Under the pieces are notes generated by a model that was not told the DNA's origin, ran no database searches, and saw only the letters and a program-made list of their open reading frames with translations. A stretch of DNA of 64,000 nucleotides. It comes from Eukaryota sp. TZLM1-RC. Lineage: Eukaryota; Protista; Metamonada: BaSk clade. Below are positions 11,801-22,789 of the stretch, one piece after another (position 1 is the stretch's first letter; the number at the start of each line of letters is the position of its first letter). Location of the stretch: NCBI GenBank assembly GCA_040285825.1, contig JAUPSS010000005.1:372001-436000 (forward strand), given 5' to 3'. The position numbers and the translations under genes were made by a program.

Positions 11801-12481
11801 TTATTTTAGATACAATGAACCAACACGAGGTCGTTCGAGTTGAATAAGCATTCTACTAGCAAAATCACTCAGCTTGATTCTATCAAGCTCAACCCCCAAA
11901 ACGTAAGCAACACCAACCACAAAGTCAACAACAGACTCTACGGTAAACGAATCACTTCCAAGTCCAAGCAACAGTAACCATGGTTCAGAAAGTAGGTCAA
12001 TAAACTTCTGGGTATTACCAGTCCCTCCAGGAAGCTCTTCCTGCCATATGGGTAGTTCTACGGAAGGTGTCAGACCATGTGGTTGCATGTAGAAAGGTGT
12101 TGTGTGGAGAGGGGAGAACTGAGTTTTGTCAGTTGAAGAGAGTACAATAGGTATCGTCCTATTCGATTTTAAGAAGGAAACTACTGATTGAACAAAAGAA
12201 ACGTTTTGTCCTCTTAAAGGATGTGATCGTAATACTAGCACATACATATCATCTATTGGTCCGTGTAATGTAATGGGAAGTTTGACACCTTGGTCGTCTG
12301 ATGAGCATATTGGAACTACTAAATCAGTGTCGATTGCTGCAAAAAATGGTAAATCAAGAGCTTTTACAAAGAGTTCAGTGGTGAACATGGGAATGAATCC
12401 CACACTGATGGTTGGAATCAACACCTTCGTGCCTTCTAATTCATGTGTGACAGAGTCAAATGTAAGTACTTTGGTTTGCAT
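11801..12481 (-). CDS. PSMG2: Proteasome assembly chaperone 2 (PAC2 family)
   Basis: 226 aa. N-term 'VLIPTISVGFIPMFTTELFV' resembles the PAC2 'LILPAVSVGNVGQLAVDLLI' motif. Also 'IVLSS' and 'PGGTG' motifs, and the typical size. Confidence 0.7.
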   Translation of the reverse strand: MQTKVLTFDSVTHELEGTKVLIPTISVGFIPMFTTELFVKALDLPFFAAIDTDLVVPICSSDDQGVKLPITLHGPIDDMYVLVLRSHPLRGQNVSFVQSVVSFLKSNRTIPIVLSSTDKTQFSPLHTTPFYMQPHGLTPSVELPIWQEELPGGTGNTQKFIDLLSEPWLLLLGLGSDSFTVESVVDFVVGVAYVLGVELDRIKLSDFASRMLIQLERPRVGSLYLK

Positions 12482-12669
12482 TTTTGTGAATGCAAGATTA
12501 ATTCTTCAGATTCAACATTTTTAAACTCAACCAAAAATCTTAACTAAAACTTTTGCATACTTGAACCCCACCAATCGAATGACGCAAGAATTTCACTATT
12601 CACTTGAATAGCAACTCGCTTGTCACAAAAGTCCGGAATGTCATTCAAAATGAAGTTAATTTAACGATG

Positions 12670-13445
12670 AAGGGCTTTCATCATTATTTGTCACAATTGT
12701 ACCACAAAGATTTGGAATATGTGTCTCTAATGAAGCTTTTGTAACAAAAATGAGACTAATTCTGATTATCTCTATTGACCAACTTCTATTAAAAGAAACA
12801 TGTATTTGTTCTAATTCATCACAGCTCATGCTTTAAAATGTCACAAATTGATAACTTATCGTTCTTCAGTACATGATGCTGTCAGAGAAACCGTTTTTAA
12901 TATGGCAAGAAATGCAAAAATCCAGTGTATTAAGGAGCCTTTGCTATGAGAAACATTGTCATTATCCAAGTTTGGTTCTGATGACAGAGGTGATCTTTAC
13001 TGTGACTGGATTGATAAATGTGTTGCTAAATTCGTCTCCCGTAATGTTGCAAATGACACTTTAATTCAAAGAAGGAAACTCAACCTTGTGAAAACGAATG
13101 CAAAACATAGAAAATATGATACAGACATCCAAGAAGCTAACACTGATAGCAACAGACGACTTGTTTTTATTGCTTTTCCATTTTCTATACACGGAAGACT
13201 ATCAGTATAAGCAGGAAATTATTTGATTGTTTTCCACAAATTGGTTCAAGAAAAAACCATGAAGAGATTAGATGTCTTTTTTGGTGGTCGCGAAGTCAAT
13301 TTGCTATAATTAACAGATTACCTCGGTTTTTTAATCGAATAAGAGAAGCAATGGCGAGAAAACAAGCAGATCAGTATTTTGTAGACATTGAATTCAGTCC
13401 CATTAGTGCTGATTTAATTTTATTAAAATCTACAGATCAATACAA
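12670..13445 (+). mobile_element. Degenerate 3' fragment of CRE-like family A
   Basis: Translates to FGSDDRGDLYCDWID..VANDTL..KHRKY..FIAFPFSIHGRL with stops and frameshifts. Homologous to 10550-11350. Confidence 0.85.
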
Positions 13446-13497
13446 TCAATTTTGCATAGTTTGAAGTAACTTAAACTATCAACCACCTCTTTCTCCA

Positions 13498-15756
13498 ATG
13501 TCACGGCGCTCGCGGGTTGACCCGAAAGTCCTATTCCTTAAAGCGGAAACCTTGTATAATGAACAGAGCACAAAGGCCAAGCGCAAATCAGTTCTTTCTG
13601 ATCTTGCTGAATCTGGTACCATTGAGGACAGAATCTCTTCATTGGCTCTCAACGTGTCTTCTAACAAATGCATATCTTCTCTGTCCCAGCTTCTTGACCT
13701 CTTACACTCATGCCGTCGATCCACACGTCCTTCTATTATCGCTGCTCTAGCTGATGTCTTTGGTTCTTCTCTCCTTCCTGCTGATTCTGAGCTCATCTCA
13801 TTCACTTACCGGCCTCTTTCATCTTCCACTTCCGACTCACTCCTTATTCAATACTACACTGAAGATCGTATCAAACACTTTTACTCCCAATTCATCACCT
13901 ACCTACAGTCTTTCTCAGACCCTATATACCACAATAGACAAGCCATTCTCAATACTGCATTTACTCTTGCCCCCTCTTCTCCCGAACAAGTTTCCTCATT
14001 GGTTCATGTCATTGCCACTAGACTATCTGACCAGGATAAGCGGTTAGCGTCACAAGCAGCTGATAAGCTGTTAAAATTGAGTCGAATGGGGATGTTGCTG
14101 AAAAAAGTAACAGTTGATTGTGTGATTGCAATCATTGCTGATACCAAAAGCGGAAAGTTTGTCCGCTATCACAGTCAATTATATTCTGTTCATTTCCTTT
14201 CTAATGTTGATCTAGATTCAAGTAAAGATCTCGCTTTGGCAAAGTCCATGGTTGATGTATACACTAACATTCTATCAGTTTTATTGAAGGCAGCTGAAAT
14301 GGATTTAAAAGAAGAAGTAGAGGAGAAGCAACAAAAACAAAAGAAAAGGAGGGGTAAACGGTCAAAAAAGGAGGTCAAAAATCAAAAAGTCAATGAAAGT
14401 CATGAGAAATTGATCGGTTTGGACAGTGCATCAAGGACTAGGTTGCTTTTTCTGATCTTGATTGGTATTCAGAAATTGATTGAAATCTTTGGAACCTTTA
14501 TGGACTTTTTCGAGACTTTAAAAGACCATTTTGATCTTTTATTTAAACTGATTCACACGGCACCAATGTCTACTATCTCTAAAATATTTGAAATAATACG
14601 AACTTCCATCACGTCATCAGCTCAAAATTCAGAAGACTGTACAGCAATTTCTGACCGATTCTACCGTTCCCTTTACCATTCAATTACTGTTTCCTTAGAG
14701 GATTCGTCACGAAGCTCGAAATTTTTGAATTTGATCTACCAATCAATTAGAGATGATCCCAATCCTGTAAGAGCTCTTTCTTTTGTTCATAAATTGGTAT
14801 CTGTCGCCATAAATGGTTCTCCTAGTTTGATCATTGGTATTTTAATCGTTGTTTCCGAAATTGCAAAGGGAAGACCTGAAGTGTTCAATTTGATACTAGA
14901 CTCGGAAAAGGATATTTTATCTGTATTAAAAGATAGAATTGATGATCACCCATCATTTAATCAATCAAATCTGACTTTTGACCTTGCATCACGTGACCCC
15001 AGGTCTGTTGGTGGAGGTTGTCTTTGGGGATTACTTTTGTTGTCTCGTCATTATCACCCCACAGTCAAATTGTTTGTTGGTAATTTATTTAACAAGAAGT
15101 TTATCAAATATGACGGAGATCCATTTAAGGATTTTTGTATTTCTTCGTTTTTAGACAAATTTGCTGTGAAGAATCCCAAACAGATAGCGACTTCTGATGA
15201 AGGCGAAATGGTTAGAGTTAATTTATCATTAGGTGATGCAGGTAAAGCACTGAGAAAGTTCTTTTCTGAACACGTGACAGTCAAGAAAAACGTTGACCGT
15301 GACGTGGATGAAGAAATAGTTGATTTTGATAATTGTGGGGATGATTTGGATTCTGATGTGGAAAAACAGTTGTTGAAAGCTGTGGAGGAGGAGGAGGAGG
15401 TTCAAAAAAGTGGCTCAAAAACTGTCAATGATGACGATAGTGATGAGTTGGAAGAGCAAAATTCCGAATCTAATGAGGATGAAGGTCATAAATATGAAGA
15501 TTTGATTGAAATGTCTGAATCGGAAACTGAATTAATGGATCCAACAGGTGCTGTAGTTGGCGGATTCTCTGATGTTGACGAAGAAGATTTGATTGATTTT
15601 AGTCAGAAGACTTCTGTTGATCCCAATGTCTCTGCATTTGCTGATGCTGCTGAATATGAAGACTATATGCTGAGTGAGCCTGAGGAAGAACAACCAGTGG
15701 TTAAGCCAAAACGGAGAAAAGGTGGAAAGAATGATAAAAAGAAGAGGAGAAGATAG
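13498..15756 (+). CDS. CEBPZ: CBF/Mak21 (NOC1, CEBPZ) ribosome biogenesis factor
   Basis: Motifs SGTIEDRISSLAL, DRFYRSLY, DPNPVRALSFVHKL, RDP, LWGLLLLSRHYHPTVKLF, YDGDPFKDF..SSFLDKF..KNPK, and an acidic tail with FADAAEY. Confidence 0.92.
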   Translation: MSRRSRVDPKVLFLKAETLYNEQSTKAKRKSVLSDLAESGTIEDRISSLALNVSSNKCISSLSQLLDLLHSCRRSTRPSIIAALADVFGSSLLPADSELISFTYRPLSSSTSDSLLIQYYTEDRIKHFYSQFITYLQSFSDPIYHNRQAILNTAFTLAPSSPEQVSSLVHVIATRLSDQDKRLASQAADKLLKLSRMGMLLKKVTVDCVIAIIADTKSGKFVRYHSQLYSVHFLSNVDLDSSKDLALAKSMVDVYTNILSVLLKAAEMDLKEEVEEKQQKQKKRRGKRSKKEVKNQKVNESHEKLIGLDSASRTRLLFLILIGIQKLIEIFGTFMDFFETLKDHFDLLFKLIHTAPMSTISKIFEIIRTSITSSAQNSEDCTAISDRFYRSLYHSITVSLEDSSRSSKFLNLIYQSIRDDPNPVRALSFVHKLVSVAINGSPSLIIGILIVVSEIAKGRPEVFNLILDSEKDILSVLKDRIDDHPSFNQSNLTFDLASRDPRSVGGGCLWGLLLLSRHYHPTVKLFVGNLFNKKFIKYDGDPFKDFCISSFLDKFAVKNPKQIATSDEGEMVRVNLSLGDAGKALRKFFSEHVTVKKNVDRDVDEEIVDFDNCGDDLDSDVEKQLLKAVEEEEEVQKSGSKTVNDDDSDELEEQNSESNEDEGHKYEDLIEMSESETELMDPTGAVVGGFSDVDEEDLIDFSQKTSVDPNVSAFADAAEYEDYMLSEPEEEQPVVKPKRRKGGKNDKKKRRR

Positions 15757-15877
15757 TATTTAGTTTTTTTTAGTTTTATTAAATTCAGGATTTTTTTAAC
15801 TTAATTTGTTTTATTTAAAGAAATTTACATAAATTGATGAATTTATTTTATTTTATTTTTAAATATTAAATAACAAA

Positions 15878-17237
15878 CTACACATTAATTCTCGCTCTTT
15901 TTGTTGGTGGAGCCATTACTTGATGAATTGGCTCCCTTATAATAGAAACTTTGGTCATATCACCATATGAAGGAACTTGACTTTCAGTGGAATCAACAAC
16001 CACAAGTCCTCTTTTTCTTGAAGATTCAAGGGGAATTCCCAAAAGTTCAGCATCTTCTTCATTTTTTGGAACAATTTTATCAACAAATGAATACTTTGTA
16101 GTTATACCGTGTCCGCTTGACTGAAGATAGCCCAAATTTACGAGACCTTCTAAGACTCTTCTGATTTCTGGACTTGTTGTCTTGATTGCAGATTTAATTT
16201 GACCAATTTTGACACACCTTGAACTCAAAATGTATTTTCGAATTTGGACAGAAACATCATCATGAACTTCCTCTTCAATGGGCACCACTTCTGATTCTGC
16301 ACGATCTTCATTATATTCTTCTTGCGTGGTAGAATCTTCTTGGCTTGGTTCTTCTTCTTCCTGGATTACAGTGGATTCTTGAATTTCAGGTTTGGCTTCT
16401 TGCTCAGGAATTTCAGGGGAAGTTTCACCATCATTTTCCTGTGGCTTGACAATTTCTCCATTCTCAATTAAGGCCACTTCTTCTCCTTCATCGTTCTGCG
16501 CTTTGAAGTTTTCTAGGCGGTCTAGATTGTCTATAGAGGTTTTGATCTTGAGTCCTAATGAATGATATGGAGTGGTTACTGATCCTATTTCCAACTTGAG
16601 TGGCTTTGATACATAGTTGAAGGCCTCATCAAATGTGGCACTGCGGAAAAACACGGGTTCGTAATCAGCTGGAGTATGATCATAATAAAACAGTTTCATT
16701 ACAATGTATCGCTCGTTGGGAATGTCTGTCAGGGTCTGGGCTAGCGTTATGAGAGTTCTAAGCATGGTGGTTGTACTTTTTCTAACGGCTTCTCTGTCTA
16801 CTGGCATTGTAGCATCTTTTTCATCTCCATTAGCCTGCTTTGTTATTCCTAAACTCACGTTTCCACCATCATATGCTATGCGAAATGTGTAAGATTCGAT
16901 CAATGTAGATTCCTGCTTTGGATCCAAATAAATTCCAAATACAATCTCTTTTAGCTAACATTAGAATGGAAAAGGTTCATACATATTTCTTTTGAAGAGC
17001 TTCAAAGACACCATATTCCAACCAACTGACGATGGTCTTTGCCTCAGGAACAGTAGATAGCAAGGACTTGATGGTTAAACCAGCTAGAGGGCGATCTTCG
17101 AAACAATCTTCCGGAAAGAGGTTTCGGAGATAACAAACACTAGAGATGGCAGTTCGCATGAGATTACGAACAAGAATAAGACTCTGACCAGAGGTAACAC
17201 TCTCGGTAGACGTACGAACAGCTTGTGCGGTGGCCAT
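15878..17237 (-). CDS. HOP1: Meiotic HORMA-domain axis protein HOP1/ASY1; join(16983..17237,15878..16954), 28-nt intron 16955-16982
   Basis: HORMA motifs 'ISSVCYLRNLFPEDCF', 'WLEYGVFEALQKKY|LKEIVFGIY', 'MKLFYYDHTPADYEPVFF' and 'IGSVTTPYH'. C-terminal ASY1-like closure motif 'KVSIIREPIHQ'. Removing intron GTATGA...CTAATGTTAG joins the two ORFs in frame. Confidence 0.92.
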
Positions 17238-17312
17238 TAATTCTGAGGAGGGGATGTCTTTGAAGCAGGCAAAATTGGTGTTTTGAATTGCTCTGCATTT
17301 CTCTCAACAATT

Positions 17313-17843
17313 ATGATATCAACTATTGTGCTTGGTACTGGTTGCTTTTGGTGTAGTGATTCTATCTTTAGATCACTCAAGGGTGTTATTACTGTAGAGA
17401 CAGGATATGCTAATGGTCACATCGATAATCCTACATATAAACAAGTGTGTTCAGGAAATACTGGTCACGTTGAGGTGGTACGAATCACATTTAGAACTGA
17501 AGTTATCTCTCTTATCGATCTACTGAATGTCTTTTGGTACTCTCATGATCCCACTAGCAAAGACAAACAGGGATGTGATGTAGGTCCTCAATACAGATCT
17601 GTTATATTATTTACAAATCATGAACAGAAACAAATTGCTCAAGAGTCGATGTTAGAGATGCAAGAAGGACCTTGGAGAGGACGACCTATTGTCACTGAAG
17701 TTCAACCACTTTCTTGTTTCTTCAACGCTGAGGATTACCATCAAAACTATTGTGCCAAGAATCCCTCTGTGCCATTTTGTTTGTCTCAAATATTTCCAAA
17801 AGTAACCAAAATGCGTTCAAAGTTTCCTGATTTGTTTATTTAA
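17313..17843 (+). CDS. MSRA: Peptide methionine sulfoxide reductase A
   Basis: GCFW, GYANG, PTYKQVCSGNTGHVEVV, HDPT, QG.DVGPQYRS, AEDYHQNY. First ATG at 17313. Confidence 0.96.
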   Translation: MISTIVLGTGCFWCSDSIFRSLKGVITVETGYANGHIDNPTYKQVCSGNTGHVEVVRITFRTEVISLIDLLNVFWYSHDPTSKDKQGCDVGPQYRSVILFTNHEQKQIAQESMLEMQEGPWRGRPIVTEVQPLSCFFNAEDYHQNYCAKNPSVPFCLSQIFPKVTKMRSKFPDLFI

Positions 17844-18544
17844 GCAGTTTTTATTCGATAACTGTTGGACGATAGCCACTTACGTTTTCGAAAAGTAGAG
17901 TGTAAGTGAACAAGGTTTTCCTCTTTTGTGGTTGTTTAAATAGCCATTGGTTGTACAAATAAATCCCTCACTAAATACACCACTACAGAAATGGCATTTT
18001 TTTATATTAGCATCAAGTTAAGAAGAAATAGGCACAGTAGCTAAACTGTTTAATGTACATATACAAGAGATAGTGGCGAAATAGGATCCATTGAAAAATG
18101 TAAATTCAAGCATAATTGCATTATGTGAAATGAAAGTTTGTGAAATATTGGTTTTGCTTATAGTAATGACAATTCATAGTGTTAAAAATTGTGCCTCAAC
18201 AGCTTATAAGTATCTGACTGTTATAGATACTGACTATTGGTGTTAATGGCAGATTGAGCAGCAAACACGGTCAAGAACCATCATCTTTACCTTACAAATA
18301 TATTTTTCAACGACAGCTTGCGATTCCAAAATTTGATGAATATTTGAGATTTTTTTCAAAAATTCCAGAGTTGATACTATTTAAACAGACTTACTCTTAT
18401 TGAGAATGTGAGGCAAGTATGGCTCAACTGTTCACTTGTATTTCTTTTCAATAACAACATGTCTAAAAGATAATGAAACAAAAGCAAAAATGATTCTTCT
18501 ATTAGTAAGTAAACTCAGCCAAATTTCCAACATATACTAGTTGT

Positions 18545-18850
18545 CCCAATTGTCGACCCAAAATACAATTTCTATCCATTTGTATTTTCTCTTTTTGGTT
18601 CACTTGCTCCCACGGTTTGACGTTTTTTTGCCAATTTTGAAATGATTGTAAAGAGAAGAACCGATTGAAATTTTAACAAATTGTTTGGGCAAAATAGAAC
18701 TGTGTTGTCTATTTTTAAGGGGAAGTTGAAGATGGTTGATGAAGCTCTGCTTTCTCTTGGATGTAACTCTGAGAGAGTTGCATCTAATTGTTTTGTTTTG
18801 GGAGAGATGGATTATTTAGATGTTGATTCGTCAGTTGTTTAATTAACAAA
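18545..18850 (+). mobile_element. Degenerate 3' fragment of CRE-like family C
   Basis: Matches the reverse complement of 19213-19500 (YNFYPFVFSLFGSLAP..QNR.V.SIFKG.LKMV..LGEMDYLDVD). Confidence 0.8.
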
Positions 18851-19189
18851 TACTATTGAAAAAAATATGCTAGTGGAGAAACTGAACTCTGGAAACACAT
18901 TTCCATAATGTCATTTTATTGTTGTTCAGAAAACGAGTCTCTTAATATTTGTTTATCATAATAAATTGTTGTGAAGTTCCTTGTTGAATGTATCCGTCAA
19001 TTCCCATTTTCTTTGCTTCTTCTGCGTTCTTGATGTGTTCTCCCTCTGACAAGGCGTTCAAGCTGCTATTCAGGTAGTTTTTTGCATTTGCTAATTAAAT
19101 GTCGGTTTCTTGCAATTCAAGGCAATGTAAAAAATACTGGGAATGTTGTTATTGTTAATAAGTTAAGGGAACTCTAGACTTTTTTTAAC

Positions 19190-20235
19190 AAAATTTTAAT
19201 TTTATTCAAAACCTATAAATCAACATCTAAAAAATCCATCTCTCCCAGAACAAAAACACTAGATGCAACTCTCTCATAGTGAGATCCAAGAGAAAGCAAA
19301 GCATCAGAAACCATCTTCAACATCCCCTTAAAAATAGAAAACACAATTCTATTTTGCCAAAACAATCTATTGAAATTTCTCCCAGTTCTTCTCTTTACAA
19401 TCATTTCAAAATCATCCAAAAAACGTAAAGCAGTTGGTGAAAGTGAACCAAAAAGGGAAAATACAAATGGATACAAATTGTATTTTGCATGCTGTAGACT
19501 GGCCAATTTGGACAAAGGTTCATTGTATTTTTTGAATTTAAAATTTTCAGCATTTGAAAGGGGATTATGAATTTCAGAATTAACTAGCCTTACATTTGAG
19601 GCATTACAAGGATCATCAGACATTACATCCAATAAAATGAAACTTCCATCTAATCCAGGTAATATAACATCACCTCTATTATTCTTATGAAAATCATCTT
19701 CAGCATCAATCAGATTTGACAACAGAGGTTCCAAGAAGGATTCAATTCTATGAGATTTACACATACAATATAACTGGTCTCTCACAGCATCATGAACCTT
19801 GCTTCTAAAAGTAATAAAATGTTTACAATTTAACAAATGAGTAGTTGTAATTTCTCGAGAACATTTACAAATTAAATTATGAGGTAAATTATCAGGCCAG
19901 ATAAAGGAACGAAATCTCATATTCAGAGTCCAAGCAGAATCGGATAAGAGAGTACCATAAACTTGTGGAATTGTTGTTACTAAGGCAGAAGAAGTACTAT
20001 CACGCATATCTTGTAAAAGATTTGCAAAAGCGAGATTATTTTTCTTGGCCAAGCCAAGTCTAACATCAAAATCCAAGCTTTCAAAAATCTTTGACAATTT
20101 TTGTTAAAGCTTTTTACAGCAAAACTGTAAATTAAAAAGAGATCGGTTTGGAATTTCTTGAATTGATTGAGGAAAAAATTTGGTCCAAATTTGTGGCGGC
20201 AATTTTTCAAGTTCACAAGATAACTCATACAAATA
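19190..20235 (-). mobile_element. 5'-truncated CRE-like non-LTR retrotransposon, family C
   Basis: ORF 19213-20097: CKC..HLLNC, RSKVHDAVRD, EPLL, RGDVILPG..ILLDV, K..KY, PFVFSLFG (RLE domain). Confidence 0.88.
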
Positions 20236-20454
20236 GACTCTAACTCTAGACTTGCAATGTTTTAGAGAAGTGACAAAATCATTTGTGGAGGTTATTGAAA
20301 GGATTTTTGAGCCAATGGTGTCACACAATTGTACAAGCAAAACATGCAATTGCAACATATTGTATTGAATCAAGATTATAATTTGCATTTCCAATTAAAT
20401 TCTTATTATACATAAAACCCTACTCACTGCATCATCATCTCTACTCCTTTATAA

Positions 20455-22002
20455 ATGAATGAATCAGACCCTCGGTCCCGATGGTGTCACCTGGTACAAC
20501 CATTCAAGGATTTAGCTGATAACTGGAACATTAACATTGATAAAGAACTTGAAAACTATATGGATGAACTTGATGCCATCAGCCAGGATACAGACAATGA
20601 CATTGACTTTGCTCACGCAGCAGTCGTCCTTCAAGGATCATCCAACATTTACTCACGCAAGGTTGAGTTCCTTCATCACTCACTGTACGATATCTTAGAA
20701 AACATCGATACTGGTGTACCCACTAAACAAAAACCTTCCAGATCTCGTAGAAACGTAAGTTTTTCCAATGAACTCTGTTGTGATCAAGACATTCCCGTTG
20801 CCAAAGCAAGTGACATCACCATATCACCCCAAGAAGAGTCAGAACTGCTCATCACTGGTTTCTTCTCCCACACTGAACCCAGACTTCCTCTCAATTCTAA
20901 TGTTGTTGATGCGGATGATGGTCCTTCGCCAGCTCTTCTCAACACTTTTCTCTCTTCATTGGCTGTGTCCGACAGTGGAGAGCTAGCTTTGGAATCTTGG
21001 GATGATAATGTTTTGCTACCAATTATTTCAAATGAAGGATCTTTTATTCAACGAAGCATTTCAGATGATAATAATAATAATGATTTTCTAGCTCTACATG
21101 AACCACTTTTTAATGATGATTTGCCACCTATACCACAAGATGACGTGGTTGATGACGGTTTTGATGACGTAGCAGTTGATGACGTGGTTGGGGAAGGTGA
21201 TTTGGATGAGGGAATGGCTGTCGTTGAGAATCAAGAACTTCCGAATTTAGAAAGCGTAATCAATCAACATCAATCAATTTCTGATTTTTGGACTGATTCT
21301 ATGAACCCTGATGAAGAATCCAGTTTACCATTAACCAAACCCAAACCTTTTAAGCCTTTAGATGAATCCAAATATCTAACACCACCAAATAAAAACAAAG
21401 ATTGGCTAGCTCCATTTGATATTGAACCGGAAACTGTGATGACGTGTGATGACGTCATCAATATTAATTCGCTCCAACCTTTAATTGACCAATTTGTGAA
21501 AAAGAAACGTGGTGATTTGGTCGAGTCAATGAAGTTCCAGGATGATGACGTTGATTCTGATTCAGGTGATGAAGGTCAATCCAGTCAACAACCCAGTCAA
21601 CCTATGAATCAATCATTTAATCAATCATTTAATCAATCAATGGATCATAATCAATCATTTTTGTTTAATGAGCCAAAAGTGGAAGATTTTATTACACTAG
21701 CCAATCAGCAAATGGAATCAAATACCAGTTACCTCAATCAAAAAGTTAATCAATGGCACGAGCAAGTTAATCAAATTTTGAACCATCAATCAAATCAAAA
21801 ACCTTTTGTAGTAGATGAGTATAGAAGTGTCGTTATTTCAAAGGTAGTGGAGAAGGAAAATCAAGTCAGTGATGTAATTGGTGATGAGAATTCATTTGAA
21901 GTCGCCAGGAATTTTGCAACTTTTTTACAATTAATTAATGATGGTGAAGTGGTTTGTGAAAAGGATGCTCAAAATAATTTAATAAATATTATTCGTGTTT
22001 AA
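20455..22002 (+). CDS. NCAPH2: Condensin II kleisin subunit CAP-H2
   Basis: N-term 'LVQPFKDLADNWNINIDKELENY...IDFAHAAVVLQGSSNIYSRKVEFL'. C-term 'VNQWHEQV..IL...PFVVDEY...EVARNFATFLQLINDGEV'. Confidence 0.93.
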   Translation: MNESDPRSRWCHLVQPFKDLADNWNINIDKELENYMDELDAISQDTDNDIDFAHAAVVLQGSSNIYSRKVEFLHHSLYDILENIDTGVPTKQKPSRSRRNVSFSNELCCDQDIPVAKASDITISPQEESELLITGFFSHTEPRLPLNSNVVDADDGPSPALLNTFLSSLAVSDSGELALESWDDNVLLPIISNEGSFIQRSISDDNNNNDFLALHEPLFNDDLPPIPQDDVVDDGFDDVAVDDVVGEGDLDEGMAVVENQELPNLESVINQHQSISDFWTDSMNPDEESSLPLTKPKPFKPLDESKYLTPPNKNKDWLAPFDIEPETVMTCDDVININSLQPLIDQFVKKKRGDLVESMKFQDDDVDSDSGDEGQSSQQPSQPMNQSFNQSFNQSMDHNQSFLFNEPKVEDFITLANQQMESNTSYLNQKVNQWHEQVNQILNHQSNQKPFVVDEYRSVVISKVVEKENQVSDVIGDENSFEVARNFATFLQLINDGEVVCEKDAQNNLINIIRV

Positions 22003-22789
22003 TTTGGTTTTTTATAATGTTTTTTTATTTGTTTAGATTGGAGATTGGCGGCTTTTTTGACCTTGTTATAATAGAATTCAGTGATTTATTTTCTAATTTG
22101 AATTCCATGTTTTGGAGAAATTAGGCTGATGCTTAATTGATTGACAAGACCATCAATCACATGAGAATGTATGTACATTATTAATTGTAACTTCAAAATG
22201 TATTGCTCCTTTCTGAAACAATAAAAGCAAAGCTGATTAGTTTCCACATATGGCGACTCATTATCACACTTCTTTATAACGACATATCTATTTAATAAAG
22301 AACAAAGTTTAACAAGATTAGACCTAGCCTGAGTCTATAGAATGTAGGTGGTATTGTCTTTAAAGAGTTGCATATGTAAGAAATGGACTTTGTATTCATT
22401 TTGGTGACAAATATTACAATCCTTTTGCTGTGGTGTTTGTGAATTTCTCTTTATTTCAAATTTTCATGGAACAAATCAGCAACCAGAACTGTTCCATCGT
22501 TAAGCACCGACAAAACTGAAATAAGCACGTTCTTCATTAATGACAGTGTCCTACAGTGGTGAATACCGTGCCAAATCACAAGGTACAAAAAATAAGAAAA
22601 AAAATATTGGTGTTCTGTGAGACTTAACATTGTACATACTGTGATTTGCAATTTGGATGCTAATTTCCAAATTTGCAACACTCAACCAAAAAGTTAACAA
22701 CCAACCGTTGAAGTCGGATGTATTGAGTGCTCTCTCGAACTGTGTAAAAAATAAATGGGCGTTGCATAATTTTTTATTTAAATCTCTAT

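Noticed and set aside
17850-18540. Degenerate coding-like intergenic DNA (also 22050-22780 and 44330-44630)
   Set aside because: No motif I could assign; probably old TE or viral debris.
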